The translations under genes were made by a program, and so were the position numbers. DNA of 62,359 nucleotides, the filler included, from Coriobacteriales bacterium (GTDB lineage: Bacteria > Actinomycetota > Coriobacteriia > Coriobacteriales > UBA8131), in the NCBI GenBank assembly GCA_031263105.1. It is 5 parts of 5 records of this genome, joined end to end, with 100 filler letters (N's around TTAATTAATTAA, not from the genome) between each part and the next. Parts side by side here need not be neighbours in the genome. Positions count along the whole stretch, not along the records: positions 35,094 to 40,650 come from JAISGJ010000027.1; positions 40,751 to 58,223 come from JAISGJ010000034.1; 3 more parts are not named here. One strand, 5' to 3'. Position 1 is the first letter of the stretch. Every line of letters starts with the position of its first letter. Under the pieces are notes generated by a model. The model made no database searches and had not been told where the DNA came from. It worked only from the letters and a program-made list of their open reading frames with translations. This document shows positions 38,613-48,074 of the stretch, piece by piece.

Positions 38613-39907
38613 TTGCGGTCATCGGCTTGGGCTTCGTGGGCCTCACCACGGCGGTCGGCTTGGCAGAGAAAACAGGGAGAAAGGTGCGGGGCTACGACCT
38701 CGATGCCCGGAAGGTCGCTGCCATTCGGGGCGGTGAGCTGCCCTTTTACGAGGAAGGCCTCGGGGATGCCCTGAAGAGGCATATCGGCGGGACGTTCGTC
38801 GTCGAGGACGATCTGGGCGAGGTCATCAGGGAGTCCGAGGTCGTCTTCTTTTGTGTCGGGACCCCCTGCGGCGAGGACGGACAGGCCGACCTCGGGATAC
38901 TGAAAAGCGCCATCGACAGCTGCCTGCGCTACGTGGATGGATATAAAACACTGGTGATAAAGTCGACGGTGCCGCCCTCTACGTCCGAGCGTGTGCTGAA
39001 GCCGCTGTTGGAGTCCCGGGGCCTTGTCGTCGGCGACTCCATCGGCCTTGCTAGCAACCCTGAGTTCCTGCGCGAGGGCACGTGCTGGCAGGACTTCACC
39101 GAGCCGGACCGCGTCGTGATAGGATGCTTCGACCGCAAGGACGAGCAGCGCCTCAAGGACGTCTACGCGCCGTTCGGCGCCCCCGTCGAGTGCGTCTCCC
39201 CGACGACGGCAGAGTTCATCAAGTACCTCTCCAACACCCTTCTGGCGACCATGATAAGCTACTCAAACGAGCTCTCGATGATTGCGGACGCGATCGGCGG
39301 CATAGACGTGAAGACTGCCTTTGAGGTGCTTCATAAGGACCGGCGCTGGCTGCCCGACGGCGGCGGCAGCCCCTCGGGCGGCGGCGCGGGCGGCGGTGTC
39401 CTCGCTCCCGTCGCCATGTCCGCCTACGTCTATCCGGGAAGCGGCTTTGGCGGCTACTGTCTGCCGAAGGATACCTCTGCGCTTGCGGCCATCTCTGAGA
39501 GCAGCGGCTGCGACCCCCTCGTCCTGCGGGCCGCGCTCGAGACCAACAGACGCATCAAGCTGCACATCGCGGCGAAGGTCGAGAAGCTGGCGCCCGACAC
39601 GTCCACGCCCATCGGCATACTCGGCCTGTCCTTCAAGCCGAACAGCGACGACGTCAGGGACACGCCGGCCAAGCACCTCATCGAGCAGCTGCTGGCCGAC
39701 GGCTACACGGACATAGTCGCATACGACCCCATCGCAACCGACGTCTTCAAAAGCCACTACGGCTTGCCGATACGCTATGCGGACACACTCGACGAGGTGC
39801 TCGAGTCCTGCGACACGCTGGCCCTTGTCACCGCATGGGACGAGTTCAAGGGCCTCAAGGACAAGGCCCCGACGAAGCGGATCGTCGACGGGCGGTATGT
39901 CCTGTAG
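38609..39907 (+). CDS. UDP-glucose/GDP-mannose dehydrogenase family protein
   Basis: GLGFVG, CVGTP, KSTVPP, SNPEFLREG, GFGGYCLPKD, FKPNSDDVRD. Confidence 0.93.
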   Translation: MIAVIGLGFVGLTTAVGLAEKTGRKVRGYDLDARKVAAIRGGELPFYEEGLGDALKRHIGGTFVVEDDLGEVIRESEVVFFCVGTPCGEDGQADLGILKSAIDSCLRYVDGYKTLVIKSTVPPSTSERVLKPLLESRGLVVGDSIGLASNPEFLREGTCWQDFTEPDRVVIGCFDRKDEQRLKDVYAPFGAPVECVSPTTAEFIKYLSNTLLATMISYSNELSMIADAIGGIDVKTAFEVLHKDRRWLPDGGGSPSGGGAGGGVLAPVAMSAYVYPGSGFGGYCLPKDTSALAAISESSGCDPLVLRAALETNRRIKLHIAAKVEKLAPDTSTPIGILGLSFKPNSDDVRDTPAKHLIEQLLADGYTDIVAYDPIATDVFKSHYGLPIRYADTLDEVLESCDTLALVTAWDEFKGLKDKAPTKRIVDGRYVL

Positions 39908-39936
39908 CGCATAAGGAGGTCTTGCAGCTCAGAGGC

Positions 39937-40262
39937 TCAGTCGTCTTCGGACAGCAGGGTCTGCCACTCGCGGCGCCTGTGGAGGATCCTCAGTATGTTC
40001 ACGGTCAGGGTCTCGTCGTCCACACGGAAAAGACTGTGTAGTTCCGTGCCAGCACCCATCGGATGCCTGTTGAGCGGTGGGGTTCGAACCGTACCGGCGC
40101 TCCGCGCTTCGGCGATTGGTCGAGCGAGAGGCAGGCTGCCTTTATCTCCGAGTAGGCACGTTCGGCTGCCAGCGGCATGAACAGGGTCCCGGAGATGTAC
40201 TCGAACAGCCCGGCGAGGTCCTCTTCGACCCTGTCCGTCAGGCGCACCTCATAGGTCCGCAA
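39937..40262 (-). pseudogene. RelE/ParE-family toxin with a 1-nt frameshift
   Basis: MRTYEVRLT...NYTVF; adding one T to the T4 run (A4 at 40028-40031) restores FRVDDETLTVNILRILHRRREWQTLL. Confidence 0.82.
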
Positions 40263-40521
40263 GGCCGAGCCGCTCCTCGAGGGACGAGAAGGCCTCCTTG
40301 GTAGGCCTTGTCCGCCCGGCGCGCACGTCCGCCATGCCCTCGTCCAAGAGGCGCGAGAGCTCGAAGCGGCCGGCGAGCCTCTCGTACTCGGCGTTTGAGA
40401 GCACGACCAGGTCGTCCCTGCCGTTGCGGGTGATGAACACCGGCTCCTGGTGGGTGTTGCAGAAGTCGGATATCTCTCCGTACTTGTTGCGGAGGTCCGT
40501 GCTCGGTTTGATGACTGCCAC
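40249..40521 (-). CDS. Phd/YefM-family antitoxin
   Basis: IKPSTDLRNKYGEIS...EPVFITRNGRDDLVVLS..EY. Confidence 0.92.
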   Translation of the reverse strand: MAVIKPSTDLRNKYGEISDFCNTHQEPVFITRNGRDDLVVLSNAEYERLAGRFELSRLLDEGMADVRAGRTRPTKEAFSSLEERLGLADL

Positions 40522-40650
40522 GGCTGCCTTCCTCTAGGGAGGCGCCGATTAATCCACTTTCGCGCCGTTTTTAGTCGTGTTATGCCGAGCGCTTCAGCGC
40601 TCGGCACTGTCTTAGTCTCACATCGCGTCCAATTCACGCATCTGGGCGCT

Positions 40651-40750
40651 NNNNNNNNNNNNNNNNNNNNNNNNNNNNNNNNNNNNNNNNNNNNTTAATT
40701 AATTAANNNNNNNNNNNNNNNNNNNNNNNNNNNNNNNNNNNNNNNNNNNN
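40651..40750. other. Artificial contig linker
   Basis: N run - TTAATTAATTAA - N run. Confidence 0.99.
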
Positions 40751-40866
40751 CGGGGCGACGGTGGGGGGGGGGGGGGGCCGGGATGGCAGTGGGGGGCCGG
40801 GATGGCAGTGGTGTCCGTGGAGGGTGTGTCAGTAACCGGGGGCGGAAAGGCTGCTATACTTGCCCC

Positions 40867-42030
40867 ATGGCCGACATCGCAGACAGGGACACCTCACGTA
40901 GCCTGAACAGGCGCATACTCCGCGATATGTCCGACGGCATCATGGTCGTCGATATGTCGGGGCACGTCAGGTTCATGAACGCCGCCGCCGAAGACGTCCT
41001 CGGCGTGGGGTTTTCGCAGCTGTCGGGGCGACCCTTCGCCGCAACCTTCATCACGGACGAGCGAAACGACGCCTTCAGCCAGCTCATAGTGAATGCGACC
41101 TGCGACAAGGACGTCGTCCACCGGGACAGGGTGGACTACTACCTGCCGGATGCGGCGGGGGCGGGCGGGGCGGCGGGCATGGGAGTCAGGTCGTCGTCGC
41201 GGCGGCTCCCTCACGCGGCGGCGGGCGCGGTCAAGGCGGCGGCGAAGGGGGCGGCGACCTGCAGGAGCCTCGACCTCACGGTGTCGTTCGTCTACGACGA
41301 CGGCGGCGGCAAGGAGGGGATCGTCGTGCTCATCGAGGACGTGACCGACCTCGTGAGGGTGGAGCGCGAGAAGCGCGAGGGCATCCAGATATTCAGCTAC
41401 GGGCTCGGCCTCATAGTGGTGTTCCTGTTCCTCTGGCAGGCCCTGAGCGCGTTCATGGAGGTCCCGAACTGGCTCATGGCACGGATCATGGAGCTTCTGA
41501 CGCTCAGCCTCGCGGTCTTCGCGCTCACACGGACCTCCATGACGGTCAAGGACATCGGGGTCATCGCCACGCCCCGCCAGCTGCGCGTCACGCTCGTCAG
41601 GGGCGCGGCCATCGGTGCCGCGATAATCGCGCTCTTTGCCGTGGCCCGCCTCGTCGTCGACCAGGTCATGCCGGACGCGACCGCCTCCATCCCCTTTTTC
41701 GACTGGCACCTCGACGAGATAGCGCAACAGACCTATCCCGTTGTGGTGCCCTTCCAGGAGCTCCTCGCCAAGGGAATCGTCCTCACCGCGCTGCTCCACA
41801 TATTCAACGGCACCAAGAGGATGCTCCCCTTGATACTCGGCTCGTCCCTGCTCTTCGCGGCGATGCACGTCAACTACGGAATCGCGATGATGACAGGCGC
41901 GTTCGCGCTGTGCTTCGCGACCGGGTGGCTCTACCTCAAGGACAGGAACATCTGGGGATGCGCCATCGTGCATTTCTGCCTGGGCTTCTTCGTCACGTGC
42001 TTCGGCTTCGAGCAGCTCTTCCTCATGTAA
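40867..42030 (+). CDS. PAS domain + CPBP (CAAX protease-like) membrane protein
   Basis: ILRDMSDGIMVVD..G.VRFMNAAAEDVLG; QELLAKG, LFAAMH, AIVH. TGCTATACT lies 6 nt before the ATG. Confidence 0.8.
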   Translation: MADIADRDTSRSLNRRILRDMSDGIMVVDMSGHVRFMNAAAEDVLGVGFSQLSGRPFAATFITDERNDAFSQLIVNATCDKDVVHRDRVDYYLPDAAGAGGAAGMGVRSSSRRLPHAAAGAVKAAAKGAATCRSLDLTVSFVYDDGGGKEGIVVLIEDVTDLVRVEREKREGIQIFSYGLGLIVVFLFLWQALSAFMEVPNWLMARIMELLTLSLAVFALTRTSMTVKDIGVIATPRQLRVTLVRGAAIGAAIIALFAVARLVVDQVMPDATASIPFFDWHLDEIAQQTYPVVVPFQELLAKGIVLTALLHIFNGTKRMLPLILGSSLLFAAMHVNYGIAMMTGAFALCFATGWLYLKDRNIWGCAIVHFCLGFFVTCFGFEQLFLM

Positions 42031-42042
42031 AGGAGGGCGGCG

Positions 42043-42897
42043 ATGGGCGCAGCGGGAGAGGCGGCGGGCACAGCGGGGACGATGGGCGCGGCGGTCGGGG
42101 CAGGCGGGGCGTCGGAGACGGCGGGCGTCCTCACGATAGCCCCCTTCAACCCGCTGTGGCTTTCCGTCGTGGCGGGCATCGTCCTCGCGGCGTGGCTTGT
42201 GTGGCTCGCCTTCCGCAAGCGCCCCGAACAGGTGCGCGAGAGGCTGGTGGTCGGGCTTTGCGCGGCAGCAACCGTCCTCTTCCTTTTGGAGAAGCACTGG
42301 CTGTCGCTTGATGCGGAATACCTTGCAACGCAGGTCGGCGGGGGCTTCGATGTGCTGAGCGAGCTGCCCCTCCACCTCTGCAACGTGAACATGCTGCTCA
42401 TGCCTGTCGCCCTGCTGTCGAAGCAGCGCGCGCTGCTGGCGTTCTGCTGCCTCTCCGCCCCTCTGGGCGCGTTCATGGCGCTCGCAACGCCCCTCGCGGT
42501 CTTCTCGGGGTCGAGCCTGCTCCTGCTGCGGAACATCGGGTACTACGGAACCCACTCGCTGCTCGTCGTCGCGGGCCTGGGGCCGCTCACCTTGGGGCTC
42601 TTCCGTCCCGCCTTCCGCGACCTGCTGCCCACGATCGCCCTGTTGCTGGCGGCACAGACGTCCATGCACCTCGTGAACACCGCGCTCAGGCTGAGCGGCG
42701 CGTCCCCGGGCGCGAACTACTTCTTCACCTACGGGCCTGAGAACTCGGGCATCCTGGAGCTACTTTGGGGGCTTGTCCCCGTCCCCTTCGTCTACGAGCT
42801 CCTGCTCCTGCCCGCCGCCCTGGCATACGGGTCCCTGGCGACGGCCCTCATACGGCTCGTTCAACGGGCCACGTCGAGGGGCGAGCCGAAGCGCTGA
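42043..42897 (+). CDS. YwaF/TMEM164-like integral membrane protein
   Basis: SELPLHLCN, conserved His, ANYFF; multiple TMs. Confidence 0.75.
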   Translation: MGAAGEAAGTAGTMGAAVGAGGASETAGVLTIAPFNPLWLSVVAGIVLAAWLVWLAFRKRPEQVRERLVVGLCAAATVLFLLEKHWLSLDAEYLATQVGGGFDVLSELPLHLCNVNMLLMPVALLSKQRALLAFCCLSAPLGAFMALATPLAVFSGSSLLLLRNIGYYGTHSLLVVAGLGPLTLGLFRPAFRDLLPTIALLLAAQTSMHLVNTALRLSGASPGANYFFTYGPENSGILELLWGLVPVPFVYELLLLPAALAYGSLATALIRLVQRATSRGEPKR

Positions 42898-42903
42898 CCG
42901 AGG

Positions 42904-43203
42904 TTACTCGATGCTCAGGATGCGGGAGAAGCCTGTGATGTCGAAGACCTCGCGCACGTCGTCCGAGACGTTGACGAGCGTCAGCGAATGCTCCGCCCCG
43001 CTGGCGATCTTCTGCCCTGAAAGCAGCACCCTCAGTCCCGCGCTGCTCACGTAGTCAAGGCCCTTGCAGTCCACAACGGTGTTCTGCCATTGCTCGCAGG
43101 AGCCCTTGAGGGTTTCCTCCAAGTTCGGGGAGGTCAGGGTGTCGAGCCTGCCGACGAGCCCTATGGACCTCGTGTCACCGTTGTCGTTGATCGTTATCTC
43201 CAC
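42904..43203 (-). CDS. STAS-domain anti-anti-sigma factor
   Basis: GRLDTLTSP, DYVSSAGLRVLL (phospho-Ser), VFDITGF; GAAGGGAG RBS + GTG. Confidence 0.93.
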   Translation of the reverse strand: MEITINDNGDTRSIGLVGRLDTLTSPNLEETLKGSCEQWQNTVVDCKGLDYVSSAGLRVLLSGQKIASGAEHSLTLVNVSDDVREVFDITGFSRILSIE

Positions 43204-43358
43204 TGTCCAACTCCCTTCATAGACAAGCAGGAAGAGCCTCGGCGCGACCGTTCCCGACCCGACCGTTCCCGGCTCGGCCATTCTACCACAACTCTGTCAT
43301 CTCCTCCCTGCTTTTGCTATCCTGTACCAAGCACGAACCAAGCACGAAGCGTCTGAGG

Positions 43359-43539
43359 GTTGCTGTTCACCCCCCACTGTCATCCCGAGCCTGCCGAGGG
43401 ATCTTCGGCCGCGCAAGCGGTCGACTGTGGCCGCAAGGCGCTTCGACCTGCGGTCGGCTGCCTTGCAGCCGAAGATCCCTCGACGGGGCTCGGGATGACA
43501 GTGGGGGGCTCGGGATGACAGTGGGGTGTGAACAGTAGC
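43359..43539. mobile_element. GTTAC-type MITE/REP doublet
   Basis: GTTGCTGTTCAC ... GTGAACAGTAGC ends; flanks GTCTGAGG/GTCTGGGA; duplicated 20-bp end. Confidence 0.75.
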
Positions 43540-43609
43540 GTCTGGGAAGCCGGGGAAGCTGGGGGCAGCCGGGGGAAGAAGCCGGGGAAGCTGGTCGAAG
43601 GAGGCGGTT

Positions 43610-45208
43610 CTGAAGAAGGCAGTTCTTGCCGCGGTCCTTGCGGCGGCCGTCGGCGCACTCGCCACTGTGGCGCTCGTGCTCGGCGGATGCGCGGAGGACC
43701 CGCAAAGCGACATCACGAGCCTCGACGACATCGCCACCGCGCGCATCGCCGTCATCGAGGGCTCCATATACGACCAGCTGACGGAGCAGCTGTATCCCGA
43801 CGCGCCCAAGCTGTACTACAAGACGTCGAGCGACATCATCGCTGCGCTGCGGAGCGGCAAAGTGGACTGCCTGCTCGCAAACAAGGTCGCCGCCGACGAG
43901 ATAATACGGGAGACCGGCGACCTGCGCCACCTCGACGAGTACCTGGGATACGAGGATCTCGCCCCCCTCATATCCCCCTACAAGGAGGGCCTGTGCGAGG
44001 AGATAAACGAGGTCCTCGCCGAGATGAAGGAGGACGGCAGCCTGGAGAGGCTCCAGCAGAAGTGGCTCTACGGGCCCCCCGAGGACGCCGTCATGGGCAG
44101 CTACGAGCTCAGCGGCGAGAACGGCACCCTCTCGCTCGCCACGAGCAGCGACTTCGTCCCGTTCTCGTTCAGGGGCGAGAACGGGGAGATCGCGGGCTAC
44201 GACATCGAGTTCATGATGATCTTCGCCTCCCGCAGGGGCTACGACCTCGAGATCACGGACATAGTCCTCAGCGGGATGCTCGCCGCCATAAGCGTCGGCA
44301 AGTACGATATCGCAGCGTCCGGCATCACCATAACGCCGGAGCGCGCCAAGGCGGTGCTGTTCAGCGACCCCATAGTCCAGGTCCCGATGGTCTGCATGGT
44401 GCGCGACGCCTCTTCCGCCTCCTCGCTGGGGCCCATCGACTCCCTTGGCAAGGGGATGCAAGCGACCTTCGTGCAGGAGGGGCGCTACCGCCTGATGCTC
44501 TCGGGCCTGGGCGTGACCTTGGGCCTCACCGCCCTGTCCGCCGCCCTGGGGACCGCGCTCGGGCTTGCGCTCTTCTCCATGAAGCGCTCCCGGCACCGCG
44601 TGCCCAGGCTGTTCGCAGGCATCGTCGACCGGCTCACGGGCGGGCTCCCTGCCGTGGTGGTGCTGCTCATACTCGCCTATGTGGCGTTCGCCTCCGTCCC
44701 GATAGGGGGCTTCTGGGTCGCGGCCATAGGATTCTCCGTCATATTCGCGTCGGGGTTCTCGGAGACGATGCTCGTCGGGGTCGGCTCCGTGGGCGGCTCC
44801 CAGGCAGAGGCCGCGCTGGCGCTCGGCTTCAAGCGCGGGGAGGCGTTCAGGCTGGTGGTGCTCCCACAGGCGATGCGCACGATAGCCCGGCTCTACGGCG
44901 GGCAGCTGGCAGAGCTTCTGAAGGGCACGGCCATCGTCGGCTACATCGCGGTCGACGACCTCACGCGGACAAGCGACCTCGTCCGCAGCGTGACCTTCGA
45001 GGCCTTCGTCCCGCTCGTCTCGAGCGCGCTCGTCTACCTCCTCGTCATCTGGCTCTTGGTGGCGGCGCTGCGTGCCGTGGAGAGAAGGACGGGCGCCGGA
45101 CGGGCGAGGAGGGCGAGGGCGCAGGTGGAGGCCTTGCGGCAGGAAGCGACGAACAGGGCGGGGGCGGCGGGGGCGGCGGGGGCGCAGGGAGCCGGGGGCG
45201 GGCCGTGA
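43610..45208 (+). CDS. Polar amino-acid ABC substrate-binding/permease fusion lipoprotein, probable CTG start
   Basis: SBP_bac_3 motifs, QAEAALALG EAA loop, LLKGTAIVGYI, LGGC lipobox. Confidence 0.85.
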   Translation: MKKAVLAAVLAAAVGALATVALVLGGCAEDPQSDITSLDDIATARIAVIEGSIYDQLTEQLYPDAPKLYYKTSSDIIAALRSGKVDCLLANKVAADEIIRETGDLRHLDEYLGYEDLAPLISPYKEGLCEEINEVLAEMKEDGSLERLQQKWLYGPPEDAVMGSYELSGENGTLSLATSSDFVPFSFRGENGEIAGYDIEFMMIFASRRGYDLEITDIVLSGMLAAISVGKYDIAASGITITPERAKAVLFSDPIVQVPMVCMVRDASSASSLGPIDSLGKGMQATFVQEGRYRLMLSGLGVTLGLTALSAALGTALGLALFSMKRSRHRVPRLFAGIVDRLTGGLPAVVVLLILAYVAFASVPIGGFWVAAIGFSVIFASGFSETMLVGVGSVGGSQAEAALALGFKRGEAFRLVVLPQAMRTIARLYGGQLAELLKGTAIVGYIAVDDLTRTSDLVRSVTFEAFVPLVSSALVYLLVIWLLVAALRAVERRTGAGRARRARAQVEALRQEATNRAGAAGAAGAQGAGGGP

Positions 45209-45333
45209 AGAATGATATAATGCGGCAGGACGAGACGGAGTCCTTCCGTCTCCGGAGCAAGGCGAGACGACAGGGAAACGGGCAGACCGCACCGACGGCA
45301 CGGGCCGCACGGGGCGGGCATGAGAAGGGTGCC

Positions 45334-46410
45334 ATGATAGAGATACGCGGGCTCAAGAAAGCATACGGCGACCTCGTGGTGTTCGAGGACGTCAACCTCT
45401 CCATATCCAGCGGCGAGGTCATCTCGGTGATAGGGCCCTCCGGCACGGGGAAGAGCACGCTGCTGCGCTGCATCAACCTGCTCGATACGCCCACGTCCGG
45501 CGAGATATACATCGACGACGAGAACATCACGGCGCCCCGTGCGGACGTGTCGGCGCTCAGGCAGAAGATGGGCATGGTCTTCCAGAGCTTCAACCTCTTC
45601 AACCACCTCATGGTCATCGAGAACCTGATGCTCGCCCCCGTCAGGCTCAAAGGCATGAGCAGGCAGCAGGCATACGACAAGGGCATGGGCCTCCTGGAGC
45701 TGGTCGGCGTCGCGGACAAGGCCTTGGAGTTCCCTTCCGAGCTCTCGGGAGGACAGAAGCAGCGCGTGGCGATCGCGCGGACGCTGGCGATGGAGCCGCA
45801 GATCGTGCTCTTCGACGAGCCGACCAGCGCGCTCGACCCGACCCGCGTGAGCGAGGTCCTGAACGTCATACGCCGCCTCGCCAAGGACGGCCTCACCATG
45901 ATGATAGTGACGCACGAGATGGAGTTCGCCCGGAACGTCTCCACACGGGTGCTGTACATGGACGAGAAGGGCATCTACGAGGACGGCAGCCCCGAGCAGG
46001 TGTTCGATGCCCCTGTCCGGGAGAAGACCCGCGACTTCATCCAGCGCGTCAAGAGCTTCGAGTACCGCATAACGTCGCACAGCTTCGACCTGTACGAGAT
46101 GAACGGCGGCATCGAGCAGTTCATGATGAAGAACTACGGCTCGTCGCAGGCGATCAGGCAGGCCCAGCTCATATGCGAGGAGATGCTCGTCAACCTGCTT
46201 TTGCCCGCGCTGACCTCCGTCGACGTCACCTTCACCCTGAAGAAGGAGGACCGCAGCGAGCGCCTTGCGCTGCTGTTCGCGTTCCCTTCGGAGACGGCGT
46301 TCTCGATGGATGCGGGCGACAGCCTCGCGGCGGACATCGTGCGCAACCTCGCCTCCGGCTTCTCGGAGAGCTACGCCGACGGCGAGAACCTGATAACGGT
46401 GGAGCTCTGA
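45334..46410 (+). CDS. GlnQ-like ABC ATPase with C-terminal RsbW-like extension
   Basis: GPSGTGKST, LSGGQKQR, DEPTSALDP; extension LICEEMLVN...LAADIVR. Confidence 0.88.
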   Translation: MIEIRGLKKAYGDLVVFEDVNLSISSGEVISVIGPSGTGKSTLLRCINLLDTPTSGEIYIDDENITAPRADVSALRQKMGMVFQSFNLFNHLMVIENLMLAPVRLKGMSRQQAYDKGMGLLELVGVADKALEFPSELSGGQKQRVAIARTLAMEPQIVLFDEPTSALDPTRVSEVLNVIRRLAKDGLTMMIVTHEMEFARNVSTRVLYMDEKGIYEDGSPEQVFDAPVREKTRDFIQRVKSFEYRITSHSFDLYEMNGGIEQFMMKNYGSSQAIRQAQLICEEMLVNLLLPALTSVDVTFTLKKEDRSERLALLFAFPSETAFSMDAGDSLAADIVRNLASGFSESYADGENLITVEL

Positions 46411-48047
46411 TGGGACGGACGGCAAGGGGACACACGAGACGCACGGCCCTCCTCGCACTGTTCGCGGCGCTCCTCGTGCTGGCGCTCCCGCTGACGGGCC
46501 TGGCGCTTGCGGCGGACGCGGACGATGCGGCGGGCGGGGGCGGCGGTGCCCCGCAGGCCGAGGACACGGCCGCCCCGCAGGCCGAGGGCGCGGCTCCCTC
46601 GGAACGTATCCCGATAACCTCCATCGAGGACATGGCGCATGCACGCGTCGGCATGATAGAGGGGACGATATTCGACATGATGGTCAAGGCGCGCTTCCCC
46701 GAGGCGACGCGCGTCTACCTCAACACCTCGAGCGACATCATCGCGGCGCTGCAAAGCGGCAAGATCGACTGCTTCCTGCAGAACGAGGTCTCCGTGAAGG
46801 CGATGATAGAGACCGTGCCGGGCCTGGGCTACCTCGAGGAGCCGTTCTCGCTCGAGGACTACGGCATGATCTTCCCCAAGGACGCGACGGGGCTTCCCGA
46901 GGAGTTCAACGAGCAGATAGCCCAGCTCTGGGAGGACGGCACGATAGAGGCACTGCGCGTGAAGTGGATGGACGGCCCCGACGAGGGCAAGGTCATGGAC
47001 GAGATAGTGCTCGACGGCACGAAGGGCACGCTGCGCATGGCGACCGACGACGCCAAGCTGCCCTTCTCGTACAGGGACACGGACGGCTACACGGGATACG
47101 ACATCGAGCTCGTCAGCATCGTCGCCAAGCGCCTGGGCTACCGGCTCGACATCAGCGGCATGACCTTCGGCGGCATCATCCCCGCCATAGCCTCGGGCAA
47201 GTACGACTTCGCCTCCGCAGGAATCGCCTACACGGACGAGCGGGCCGAGGCGGTGCGGTTCTCCGATGCCATCTACCACGGCAAGACCGTATGCGCCGTA
47301 TACGACGCGCCCACGGGGGGCGCAGGGCTGTGGCAGGCGTTCATGGCGGGCATCGACAGCACCTTCGTGGTCGAGGACCGCTGGCGCCTGATAACCGACG
47401 GGCTTGCCGTCACGCTCCAGATGACCCTGCTCTCCGTGCTGTTCGGCACGATGCTCGGGTTCCCGCTCTACTTCATGGCACGGTCGCGCTTCAGGGCATC
47501 GCGCATCTTCGTGGCGGTGCTCTCCCGCATCATGGACGGGCTTCCCGAGGTGGTCATCCTGCTGGTGTCCGCCTACGTGATATTCCGTTCGCTTGCGATT
47601 CCCAGCGTCTGGGTCGCGACGATCGCGTTCACGGTGCTGTTCGCCGTGGGCTTTGCGCAGACCCTCGGGGTCGGCGTGGACTCGGTCGACGCCGGGCAGG
47701 TGGAGGCGGCCCGTGCGCTCGGCTTCGAGAACCGCCCCGTGTTCACGCTCATCGTGTTCCCGCAGGCCGCACGGAACGTCATAACGGTCTACGTGGGACA
47801 GGTGACGAAGCTCCTGAAGGCCACCGCGATAGTCGGCTACATCGCAGTCGACGACCTCACGAGGGCGAGCGACATCATACGGAGCAGGACCTTCGACGCG
47901 TTCTTCCCGCTCCTCTCGACGGCCATCGTGTACTTCCTGCTCTCCGCACTGCTGGTGATGCTGCTGCGGGCCGTCCAAAGGCGGCTCGACCCGCAGAGGC
48001 GCAGACGCGTCGTCAAGGGCGTCGAGCCCGGGCCTGCAAGGCCCTGA
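46410..48047 (+). CDS. Second amino-acid ABC substrate-binding/permease fusion
   Basis: Paralogous to 43610-45208; GQVEAARALG. Confidence 0.88.
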   Translation: MGRTARGHTRRTALLALFAALLVLALPLTGLALAADADDAAGGGGGAPQAEDTAAPQAEGAAPSERIPITSIEDMAHARVGMIEGTIFDMMVKARFPEATRVYLNTSSDIIAALQSGKIDCFLQNEVSVKAMIETVPGLGYLEEPFSLEDYGMIFPKDATGLPEEFNEQIAQLWEDGTIEALRVKWMDGPDEGKVMDEIVLDGTKGTLRMATDDAKLPFSYRDTDGYTGYDIELVSIVAKRLGYRLDISGMTFGGIIPAIASGKYDFASAGIAYTDERAEAVRFSDAIYHGKTVCAVYDAPTGGAGLWQAFMAGIDSTFVVEDRWRLITDGLAVTLQMTLLSVLFGTMLGFPLYFMARSRFRASRIFVAVLSRIMDGLPEVVILLVSAYVIFRSLAIPSVWVATIAFTVLFAVGFAQTLGVGVDSVDAGQVEAARALGFENRPVFTLIVFPQAARNVITVYVGQVTKLLKATAIVGYIAVDDLTRASDIIRSRTFDAFFPLLSTAIVYFLLSALLVMLLRAVQRRLDPQRRRRVVKGVEPGPARP

Positions 48048-48074
48048 GCCCGGGCACAGGCACAGGGCGAAGGG

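Noticed and set aside
43528..46410. 960-aa ORF as one protein
   Set aside because: The first ~600 codons are an off-frame overlap of the SBP-permease; the real gene starts at 45334.
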